This document shows, piece after piece, positions 1 through 10,600 of a stretch of 64,000 nucleotides of DNA. The notes beneath the pieces were generated by a model. The model worked only from the letters and a program-made list of their open reading frames with translations. It was not told where the DNA came from and did no database searches. A program made the translations under genes and the position numbers. How positions within the stretch are numbered: position 1 is the first letter of the stretch; each line of letters starts with the position of its first letter. This DNA is from Klebsormidium nitens (Eukaryota > Plantae > Klebsormidiophyceae): contig DF237470.1 in assembly GCA_000708835.1 (NCBI GenBank), positions 800 through 64,799 of the forward strand, in the 5' to 3' direction.

Positions 1-121
1 GCCTGCAGCTCTAACCTAGCGGTGCAGTTCTGAGAGCTCAACCAATGCTGCGACACGCTGGCAGAGACGCAAGGCTGCAACAATTCTCACGAAGCAATGC
101 AAATGCTAGCAATGCGATGCG

Positions 122-2615
122 TCACGATGCAACCAGTGCTAACGTCAAAGCATAGTACAGTGGCGCTGAATCGCCAATGAAACCCTGAGGCAACCACCAA
201 CTAGCACCCCTGCGCAGGCAATGCTTCACAATGGCTCCCCTGAAACAATCCAAACCTCCCAAGAGCAGGCTGTCAAGCAAGTGTAAGGCGAGCAGAAGGT
301 TGTGACTGACCTTGACTGTCCCTTGTAAACTGCTGCAGCGTGTAGGCTCTGACTGAGGTGTGAGCTCCCGGAGCTCCCGCAAGACAGGGTAGGTGGTGAC
401 CCTGGCAGTCGTAGAGTGCCCGTNNNNNNNNNNNNNNNNNNNNNNNNNNNNNNNNNNNNNNNNNNNNNNNNNNNNNNNNNNNNNNNNNNNNNNNNNNNNN
501 NNNNNNNNNNNNNNNNNNNNNNNNNNNNNNNNNNNNNNNNNNNNNNNNNNNNNNNNNNNNNNNNNNNNNNNNNNNNNNNNNNNNNNNNNNNNNNNNNNNN
601 NNNNNNNNNNNNNNNNNNNNNNNNNNNNNNNNATTCATGGGCCGAGAAGGTGGGGATCTTCTTGTCGTTTTCAGCATGTGGTCTCGGCCGCCTTCGTTCC
701 TTGGGCAGTAACTTCAACTAGAATTATGCAAATACCCGCCGCCGAACGTGCTTCTTCGACCAGGTTTGGCAGCATGAGTCACAGGATGGGAGAGGGGTCC
801 CATGTTGTGTAGCGGATTGTCATTGTGAGCCCCGAAGAGCGCTCAAATTTACTGGATTATCTCGAGACATATTGTACTGTGATCTTCAGCTCTGGTCTGA
901 CTCGCGCTTGGCAGAAGAACGGCTGCACAAGATTGAACACACACGATCGTCGTGGTCCGGAAAGTGATCAATTTATCGAGTCCCCCTGGGGACTCGATAG
1001 GGATGGAGAACATGTGAGAGGTATTTTCATTCTGGGTCAGTTTCACCAACTTGCTTAGATCGTCAACCGCGGATCAGCACTTCGGTTGTGTCAAGTCAGG
1101 GCGTCCGTTGCGAAGTGATTTAGTGGTACGATGCGGTCCGCACAGCCAGTGCCGATGGATCGTGTGACTTCGGCCCGAAAATACACCACTTAAGAATCTG
1201 CTACTGTTCAAGGTCCGTTCAGCCCCGTTGAAATCGCAATGAGATCAAGAGCGCCAAAGGGTTGTCTATTGTGTGCTCTTGTGCGTTCGGCTCAGGCAAA
1301 GCCGTTCTTCTTCTCAAAAGTTAATTGAGAAGGTATCAGAGACTAGAACAAGTACATTCCGAAGATGGTGGAGGGGAAAAGGCTTGGAAAAAACTTCCTG
1401 CCTTCGTCTCCCCAGGCATAAGCTTGGTGGAATCGCGGTTGCGGCAGCTGAAGGGCAAGGCTGACGGACGGTGTCCAGACCATTGGGAACAAGTCCGCAT
1501 CCAAGTACGATGCCGAGAGGAAGCCTGGCGCACCTGCGCTCCTGACGGCGCAAAGGTCAGCGTGACGTCGACACCATGTTAGGATCTGCCTGCATCTTTC
1601 TAAAGACTGTGCCCAGCTTCCGTGATGCGGAACGTAGGGTTGTCCGAAGCTTGATTTCTCTTTTGTTATCCTGCCCAGAGTGGAATAGCCACTTCCTGTC
1701 TTGACTTCCTGCAGAGGTTGAGAAGTCTGGAAAGAAAAGAACGGCAGGGCCCCAGCAGATGCTGTCGTCTATCTATAATTTCAAATTACATTCCTCCCCA
1801 ACCCAAAAATCTGGTTGCTCAAGCAAGTTAGATGCCTTCGAGGTGAGCACTTATGGTTCTCAAAGCCGCAAGAATAAGTTTGAACGGTCCCATCAAATGG
1901 AGTGCCAAACTTTACCTCCGGCCCATCCGGCCCAGGACTTATAAGGATTATAACCCTGACACATTCGTTCTGCTCTATCTGTTGTGATCAGTTTTACAGC
2001 CGCCTGTCGTGTGTCGTTCACCTTTCCACTCAATTTGTCTGCCACTTGGAGAGGACTGCTAGACTTTTGTGAGCCGTTCCTGTTCTGAGTAAGCACTATA
2101 ATACTCGTAGCTACGGTTCCGCCGGCCGTTTCGCTCGAGTAGGGGTGTCGATCGAGGTCAGAACTCGGCGGCGTTTCGTTTGAAATTGAGGTCAGAAGTT
2201 GGTAGACATACCACAGCTAATCCAAATGCTGCCTCTCAACCTTATGGTCAACAAAACAACTGGGCCTTTTGCCCGTCTTTTGCAGATTCGAAAGGCAGAA
2301 CCTATCAACCAGTTGATCATATATTTGTATTGTAACGATTTTATCGAAGTGCTTGTTCTTATGCTCTGATTGCTCGTTGTGTAACTCAAGGGAGCCAATG
2401 AAGAGCTCCATGCTGAGATCCAGAAACAGAAGGGCAAGCTGATTATGGTACGAGTTTCGATTGGCACGATGGGGCCACCGCGGTGAAGGTGAAATGCCGC
2501 GACTCCAACTGCTTTTACCTCGGAGCTGTATATATAGAGTAGAAGCAGAAGGCGCAGACTCCAGGTGCTTAAAATCGTGCCAGCCGAACGCACAGAAGAA
2601 CGTTTCCAATGGCAT
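122..2615 (-). pseudogene. Degenerate coding-like relics, probably a decayed DNA-transposon gene
   Basis: Protein-like minus-strand frames are broken by stops (e.g. 122-423 ...GTVKVSHNLLLALHLLDSLLLGGLDCFRGAIVKHCLRRG; 2217-2615 ...HNQLALLFLDLSMELFIGSLELHNEQ...). They lie inward of a subterminal-type repeat array. No family motif was confidently recognised. Confidence 0.3.
424..632. other. Assembly gap (N run)
   Basis: Run of n characters; ORFs spanning it are artefacts. Confidence 0.99.
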
Positions 2616-2678
2616 GTAGACCTACATGCCTATTGTTCTGTGGAGGCGTTTGCCACTTAGAACCTGGTTGCCTGATTT

Positions 2679-3015
2679 ACCAAGCTGTGTTGTACCACTT
2701 AAGCAGGCTCCGATTGTCCGAATACCAGACTATGGTTGACCATTAACCGACATCTGGTCGCTTATAGACCACACAGTGGTTAAGATCTAATCACACCCTG
2801 GTTGCCGCTTGACCAGAGTCTGGTTACTTCCCAACCATCTTCTGGTTGAGGGCTTAACCAGACCCTAGACCACACTCTGGTTACTACTAAACAGACCCTG
2901 GCCAAATCCGGACCAGACCCTGGTCAGCCCGCTGACAAGACCCTGGTAAACGGGACACTAACCAGACCCTGGTCAGCGGCCTGGTTAGCGCTCTAACTAG
3001 GGTGCCAACCAGACT
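2679..3015. repeat. Phased array of palindromic ACCA-N5-TGGT boxes (~22-bp period)
   Basis: Boxes start at 2724, 2746, 2768, 2790, 2812, 2834, 2857, 2869, 2890, 2912, 2935 and 2961 (e.g. ACCAgactaTGGT, ACCAcacagTGGT, ACCAgagtcTGGT, ACCAtcttcTGGT, ACCAgacccTGGT). Spacers and linkers are variable. Confidence 0.9.
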
Positions 3016-3058
3016 TAGATAGCAGCGAAAACTTCCTTTGTGCAGAGTGAGTACATAA

Positions 3059-3433
3059 GGCTACGCGAAGTCGATGTGGGGATTCCGGTCTGCGACCGAC
3101 CGGGTAATTGGAGATTTTGGAAAAATTGACATAAAATAAGTTGAGATTTGCTCGGATACACAGCACTTATGTACTCCCATCTAATTCATATTGCTTCAGT
3201 TTTCCAAGATATGCTGAGGGAACCTTGACCTTTTTCGCGGGAATGATCCCCGGTTGTCCAAAAACTGATGTGCGGCCAAAAACACCCCTCCAATACCAGA
3301 TTTGCCTTTTTGGAACGCTTATTGTACAAATTGGGTAATTTGGGGCAAATTCCTCATGTATTGTTTTCCGCCGACCGACCGACCCACCCCTGGAGGGGGT
3401 GGACCGGAATCCCCATATTAACTTCGCATAGCC
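3059..3433. mobile_element. MITE (~375 bp), PIF/Harbinger (Tourist)-like
   Basis: ~32-bp imperfect TIRs: GGCTACGCGAAGTCGATGTGGGGATTCCGGTC (3059-3090) and GACCGGAATCCCCATATTAACTTCGCATAGCC (3402-3433). Flanks are TAA / TCA (a TWA-like 3-bp TSD with one mismatch). No coding capacity. Confidence 0.75.
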
Positions 3434-4202
3434 TCAGTTGGTCACGAATCACAACACAATGTTTGATTTCAAAAAATACGTCAGCAAGATTTTGACGTCA
3501 CCTCGTTGATTAGGCGTTGACCTTGAAAACCGCAGAAGACTGCTGCAATTAAACCACTAGAGTCCAGACCGACTTTACAATCGGGAAAACTCAATATGGT
3601 GACGTGGCATTCTCGGCAAACGGCCACCAAATGGCGCACGGTTTTGAGTCCAGTAAAATTGAGTTGATGTTAGAACAAAAGTAAAGCAAATCTTCATTGT
3701 TTCCGGCGGTTATTCGTTCTATGGCTCAGGAATGGTGGCGCCTACAACCTCGCATCGAAACTGCCGAAAGAAACCATCTAAAACCATGCATTTCCCGCAG
3801 CGCAGCGATAATTCGTGCATTCATCGATTTTGATGCGCCCCTGTCCGAAGTTTCAAGTTTCGGAGTTCCGAGTTTCGGAACTGACGGAATGTGGGACCCA
3901 CAGGTATCTATCGTCGCTCTGGTGGTTTTAAAAGTACGGCTGGTATCGTGACTCGTTAGACTCGGTGTCCTTTAGTTTCTCACAGAACCTGGCGCGAAGG
4001 TCCGCTCAGCTGAGTGACGTGTATTAAAGTCTACAACGGTTCTTAGCCTTCTGCTTGAAGAGCTTCTTGCTCTCGGCGCCGACGCCTCACACAATCTACC
4101 TAATGCTCTGTTTCGGGCCTGTTTCTAGTCACCTCATGCCTTGCCCCAGTCTGTCCATGCTCTCTCTAGGCCTATTCTGGATCCGGAGGTTGCCAGAGTT
4201 GC

Positions 4203-4442
4203 ACGACGTTGCGCGACTCGACGTTGCGCGACTTTCGATTAACGACTCTTCGCGACTTTGTGCGACTGCTCCGCGACTTGGTTCCGCAACGTTCGCGACC
4301 TTCACTGCAACCTTATCATCCCTCGGAAAACATGTTTTCAACTATGTTTTGTGTTTAGATGCTTGCAATGCTCCGCGACGTTACGCGACCTTCCGCGACT
4401 CTCTGCGACTTTTGTTTGCGACTTTCACCGCGACTCTGTGAC
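4203..4442 (+). repeat. Degenerate GCGAC(T) motif array, ~10-12-bp period
   Basis: About 15 GCGAC/GCAAC/ACGAC cores (e.g. 4213, 4252, 4262, 4273, 4295, 4375, 4385, 4395, 4405, 4418, 4430) immediately left of an assembly gap. Confidence 0.8.
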
Positions 4443-4492
4443 CTCCGGGTCCAGGATAGGCCTCTCTCTCACGCCCCATCTGCTCCTCAAAT

Positions 4493-5067
4493 NNNNNNNN
4501 NNNNNNNNNNNNNNNNNNNNNNNNNNNNNNNNNNNNNNNNNNNNNNNNNNNNNNNNNNNNNNNNNNNNNNNNNNNNNNNNNNNNNNNNNNNNNNNNNNNN
4601 NNNNNNNNNNNNNNNNNNNNNNNNNNNNNNNNNNNNNNNNNNNNNNNNNNNNNNNNNNNNNNNNNNNNNNNNNNNNNNNNNNNNNNNNNNNNNNNNNNNN
4701 NNNNNNNNNNNNNNNNNNNNNNNNNNNNNNNNNNNNNNNNNNNNNNNNNNNNNNNNNNNNNNNNNNNNNNNNNNNNNNNNNNNNNNNNNNNNNNNNNNNN
4801 NNNNNNNNNNNNNNNNNNNNNNNNNNNNNNNNNNNNNNNNNNNNNNNNNNNNNNNNNNNNNNNNNNNNNNNNNNNNNNNNNNNNNNNNNNNNNNNNNNNN
4901 NNNNNNNNNNNNNNNNNNNNNNNNNNNNNNNNNNNNNNNNNNNNNNNNNNNNNNNNNNNNNNNNNNNNNNNNNNNNNNNNNNNNNNNNNNNNNNNNNNNN
5001 NNNNNNNNNNNNNNNNNNNNNNNNNNNNNNNNNNNNNNNNNNNNNNNNNNNNNNNNNNNNNNNNNNG
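4493..5067. other. Assembly gap (N run)
   Basis: Run of n characters; ORFs spanning it are artefacts. Confidence 0.99.
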
Positions 5068-7665
5068 ATGTTTCCTCGCCGACCGAAACTGCCGCGCCGC
5101 CAGCCAAATTTAAACGGCTCTCCACTTACTTTCTCATCGTCCCGACCGCTGCCTGCAGAAGGTTCACACCCTCCATTCTTTCCGCGGACGACACCTTCCC
5201 CCGACCCTAGACGCACAGCGCTTCGCATCCTGTCGCATCCGCTCTCGCACTGAGCTATGCTTGGGCATCACGGGCCATCGCAAAAACTGCCGCCGCCACC
5301 ACCAACCCGGCGAAAGCATGATCGAGCGCCCAGAGTGGCTTCCGCGAAACTCCCGTGAACGTACCAATCGAACGCCGCACATTGTATAAAATTACAGTCG
5401 TTAAAAACCCAAGAGGCGTATGCTAGACTGCGGGCTCCACCTAATGAGCTGCACCGCAGAGAATCTGAACCTTGCACCCCAGAAAAAAAACAAAAAACCT
5501 CGAATTTCAAGACCAAAATTCCAAAAATGCACCCTCAGCATTTGTTTCACATTTGATCTTTACTCACTATCCCTTAGACGTTATTATTTGAAAAAAAAAA
5601 TGTGACCGGTGGCGGAACGCCACGTATGCTCGGTTTTCAAGGGGGTCCAAGGTATCGAATGAAAAGTAGGCGTTGCGAATTTGACGGTAGGGTCACGGAG
5701 ACTCTCGGTGCATGAAAAAGTGATCGGTGATTGTGAACCGCCAGCTGAAAAACCTGATGTTAGTCAAAATGCAAATTCGGATCTAGAAAGCTCGATATAA
5801 GAGAAGAGCAATCCGGGACCCCTCATTTGGACCGTTGGACAAGCCACGGCCTCACCGTGTCTCAAGGTTCGAGTCCGCACTAAGACGAGCCTCAGCCTGG
5901 CATGTCCGCAGAATGAACAAATGAACGCGCTCGAAAAGAGCCTTACACGTGCGAAAAAAAGAAATTTGAACAGCAGTTTGCATCGAACCATCGAAAGTTC
6001 GGGTCGATCATTCAAAGGGATAGTATGGGGCGAAAGTGTCCTTCGACGCATAAATTTGGCTTAACTGAGTGATCCAGTCTAAGGTGCTCACGTTCGGGGT
6101 TTTCAAACGCTGGGGGGGAAAACGATAGCTGGTTTTTTGTAAACCCCAAAAACCGAGCTAAAAAACCGTAGTACCGTGTCTAAAAACGTGGAGTCATCAA
6201 ACCCTAATATTGGGCAAATATGTAATCTCTGTGCCATATTCTAAAATTTCGCAAGGGGCTTGCGTTTCGAAGCGTTTGCTCCGACCCCCTGTTCCTCAAT
6301 CAGGGCGCTGACCGACCTTGCTCCGTAACGCACACTATTAGATTCATATAAACGGATAAACTCAGGCGATAAATTGTCCGAATATGAACTTAGCTCGATC
6401 AAATACGGAGGCCGGGAGGGTCAGGGAGTGCCAGCCTGCCTACTCAGGCTACTGAGGTTACAGCTACTTAAATAGGTGGCCTGCATGGGTGCAAGCCCAC
6501 ATCCGTGCAGGGTAAATTGGCTCTGCTAAGAAGGGGGTAGGACTAATACACAAAGTAGGTATAGCAGTACCTAAATTGGTATTTTCCGCTCGATCTTAAG
6601 TTATATAAGGTTGTCTACATCAGATTCTTGCTAGCTAGCTAGCTGTCTAGACTGCTCATGGCCACAAGTCAGCCAGAGATTAAGAGCACAAACAACTCTT
6701 TGAAAGCTTGGCAAGCAATTGCGCGGACCAGAACTGAATGATGCTGGCAACGCCCATGCGCTAACAAATTGAGCGATCACTACTATTGTGAATGTCTCAA
6801 TCAGGTCTGGGCCGTTTGCATGATGATCAGTCATGTTGCAGTGTAATCAATGAATTTACATGGAGATTGAAAGTATAGGAAATTAAAAGACCGTGCATGA
6901 TCAGTCCGCCTCTAGCTCAGTGTGTAACAATCGACGGTCTCTAAGTTTTGCACTGCAGTTCAATAGCAGTGCCGCAAATCATCCATGCCGTATGTGACGT
7001 GTATCGTCGATCATGTTGGTGACTATCCAAGCACACCGTCCGTATCTTAGAATCACTGTAGTAAAACGATCGGACACACACATACATTGACAAGCTAGAA
7101 GGCTCATTGAGAGAGTTCATTGTGAGACCTGAAGCACTCCATTTGCAATAGCGACTATTGAGTTGGTAGACTTCGAAGTTATCTACATACCTGCCTGCAA
7201 GGCGGCGGGCAGGCCCGAACAGTGTCTGAGGTGGGCGATTCGCCTGGTCAGTCGGAACGGGCCTGGCGGTCTCATCCCCAGAGTCTACTCCTCTAATCGA
7301 TTCAATGACTCAACGTACCTACGGACTTGGGCCACTTGAAAGGTCTTGCCGTTGATCAATCGGACTATCATCAGCTTGTATAAAGAAGACTCAAAAATTG
7401 CTTGTCAAAGAAAACCACCAAAGACGTTTTGAAGCTAAGTTGCTATTCGAACCGTCGTCCATTTAAAAACTTTACAGTACTACCGTCGTCACGCCCTATA
7501 CTGCTGGGTCTACTGACAATGAAGTAACGTCTGAGCCAAAAACTTGTACAATGAGCGCGCTGACCAACCGATTATATCTACACTCGAACTCCGAAAATCC
7601 AAGACTCGTGTTTCTTTTACATGTAAGTGTTCGCATCTCACAGCTTCCAGTCTATGTCAGCCCTA

Positions 7666-10600
7666 TCAAGCTCGTCTTGGCTTCTTGTTGCTCCACGTAG
7701 CGCCTTGCCCTCCCTCTTCTTCTCGTGCCCTGCCATCCGGTGCGTTCCTCCCCATTCCGCACTCTTTGGCGTGATCCATCAGCTTTTGAAGGTCTCCTTG
7801 CACGCTGGCAATCTCACGAGCAGTCTCCTGCAGCTGACGCTTGACCGCCGACGTCTCTTCTTGCAGTGTCGCGCGCATCTGCTCGTAAGCCTGGCACTCC
7901 ACATCCTGCACGTATCCCCACGGACAGGTCACTTCCTATTCCTTTGCCGTGCGAGCAAACCCGCGATGACACTTGGTTACAAAGTGCACCGGCTGCCATG
8001 CTTGCCCACCATAATCAACATTTTCCAAGATCCGAATGGGTATGACTCTGTCTCAGGAAACGCTGTCGGCCTCGAAAGAGCAATATATTCGACGTGTCTA
8101 CGAAGAAGCCTGGTGACGTAAGGCTGACGACAGATGCTGAAGTAGAAAAACGTTCTACGAAACTGCCTTCAAGGTCGCTAACCCCTCAGCAGTACTTCGC
8201 AGACGGGAGCTAAACGAGACCCGATGTCCACGTGTTCGACGAGCTGCTGACGACGAGTTCAATGGCTTTGTCAGGTGCACGTTCTTGTATTGGAGGACGG
8301 ATAAGGTCATTCGGGCAAACAGACCATCATCCCGACAGAAGGACTAGCGATACCAATGGGAGGAAAGGTCCCGGTCAGAAAAGGAAGACCTGTAACATGG
8401 CATAAATCACTCCGCAAGTTTCGCGCGAGCATTCTGGTAAACATCTGGCGGAAGAAACACGTCGGAAACATTAAATATTCAAGACCCAAATAGAACTGAA
8501 GGAGGACGAACCTGCTCTCGCAGTCTGTCGGTTTGCTGTGAAAGCGTTGCTTCGAGCCGCGTGTACTCCTCCGTGATGTCCAGACACCGAGAAAGCTCCG
8601 GCGGGTAGAGACTGCACGAACCGAAGTACAAATCTCAGCACTAATGTATCTTGACTTTGACAAGATAAAATAACTTTCCGCTTGTTCGGTTGGAAGGCAC
8701 TTAATGTACCAGAAAAATGCAGCCTACCCGACCCCTGAAGTTCGTTGCCCGGCCAATATCGCCAAATCAAATACATTTCAAAGCTCCGTATCCAACGCTG
8801 TGACAAGCAGAATCAGCGCGCGTGGAAACTCGCGCATATTTTTGATATTTTTGGAAGGTGATGAAGGTTCGAATCCACGAAGCACGTGACACCAAGAGGG
8901 TAAAATGCGCCATGAGGAAGAAAAGGCGGTACATTTTGATATCCTGGGCGCCGATGTTCATCCCAGAAGGAAACTTCACAGCGCAAGCAGGGCCTTGTGT
9001 ATCAATCTCGCTCTTTCGTCGAGCATCGCGAGTCGCACCCTCTCGCGGCATGCAAACCACGGCCCTCTCCCGACAAGTTCCAGAAGGGCCGTTGTGAAAC
9101 TTGAAGTTCCTTTGAAAACAATTGCTGCCGACTCCACAGAACATTCGCACTGTCACCCTAAGCCCAGCAACTGACTCTACTTTTCGTTCCCCTTACCTGC
9201 ACTGCTTGCGCTCGCTCCAGGGGACGCGCTCGAAGTTGACCCCGGGGATGTCCTCAGGGGCGAAGCCGCTGACCTCACGGTCAGGTCGCGTGATAGACCC
9301 CGGGCCGATTGTCTGACGTCATGCAGAAAGAGACAAACCTTTTGAGTTGGGCCGTCAGCTTAGAGTCCCGAAACACGAGGCACCGCCGTCTGAGCTAGGG
9401 GCTGTCTACTTGGAGCGTCCATGAGTACACGTCTACGACTTTGAGCAGTGACAGTGTAAAAAGCAGAATCCGATACGTACCGCTCTCGTTACTACCGGTG
9501 TAGGGAGATAAGTAAGGATGGAGTGAAAGTCAAATACTACGACAGTTGGATATCTTGTCGGATTTTCCTTTGAGGATGCTTTTCGAGCGAGGAGACGTGA
9601 GATCTACGATGGGCGAAAGCGGGCACTTAATGCATGAGTTCTGCAGATAGTGCCCCCATTGTGTTCCAGCCACTGCGTACCACAGACCCCTTGCTCGACT
9701 GCCTCTTCTACAGTCCTCTGATCAGAAGTCTACTTTCCGACCAATGGACGCAACCATCTGAATCTATGTATAATGGTGACACCGTAAGGTACCAAGGTGG
9801 TTTGAAACTGTCGAACAACCGTTTCTCTGGCCCCCCTCAACCTGACCGTATACAGACCTCTTTGCAAACAGGATCAAAACTACAGCTTTTGAGCCAATTA
9901 TGCTTATGAGATGATCAGTGCCATGAAGTTGCCCCAGAGCTCGTGTCCGCCTTCTGCTCCCCATTGTCTAAGTTGAATAATTCTTCACAAATAAACAAGG
10001 TAGTTTCAAATTCTGTAAGCTCTCTTTTGGACCAGCTCAACTTGTCCCTGCATTTCGTTGTTCAATTGAAATCACAAAACTTGCATCGAGCAAACGGTGT
10101 TTCAGCAACTCACCACTGCATTGAAGTTCCCTCCAAGCTCGCGCGCGGCCGCGCGCTTGTGGGCGTCCGTATCGTACACTTGCAGCCGTCCGAAAAGGAA
10201 AAAGAAGAGCGACGCCCGCAGCCCGTACGTGCGCGTTCCGCTCCTGCGGAGACGGGCGGAATTCCGTGAGACCGGAATTCTTTTGTAAGAGAAAGCAGGA
10301 AAAGCGCGTCCACTTGACCATGAGCCCGCCGCCACAAATCAAAATGTAAGCAAACGGCACGCATTCATTAGCCTTTCGTTCTCATATTTCAAAGTGGCCA
10401 TGCAAACGATCGGAGGCACTGAGCGGCAGCGCGAATGTAGAAGCAGGTCTTCAAGTTCGTTTCTTGGCGAGAGAGCTCTTAGCTTGCCGCTCAAGCTCAA
10501 CCGTTGGAACTAGGCAATCCAAGCAAGATTCACGATAGCGCCACAGAGAATGGGATCGAGCAGCGCCTTCAAGAGCACAAGCAAACATACTGTATGGCGG

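Noticed and set aside
226-812. ORFs of 100-160 aa spanning the first N gap
   Set aside because: They are open only because the N run translates as X.
2679-3015. Possible CRISPR array (regular palindromic repeats with variable spacers)
   Set aside because: Repeats (13 bp) and spacers (~9 bp) are far too short, the context is eukaryotic, and there are no cas genes.
4258-5253. ORFs of 210-330 aa spanning the second N gap
   Set aside because: Artefacts of the N run.
5828-5885. tRNA-like stretch with a B-box (GGTTCGAGTCC) and a CACG/CGTG stem around a CTC triplet
   Set aside because: No acceptor stem and the T-stem does not pair. At most a SINE or tRNA relic, or chance.
7185-7200. ATACCTGCCTG resembling the U1 snRNA 5' end (ATACTTACCTG)
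   Set aside because: Mismatches in the invariant splice-site-pairing bases, and no U1 stem-loops or Sm site.
8810-8880. B-box-like GGTTCGAATCC in an SMCHD1/GMI1 intron
   Set aside because: No cloverleaf or convincing A-box.
8000-9160. Several 60-130-aa ORFs in the last SMCHD1/GMI1 intron (possible RT relic or missing exon)
   Set aside because: No recognisable RT or transposase motif, and no exon with strong splice sites that fixes the phase.
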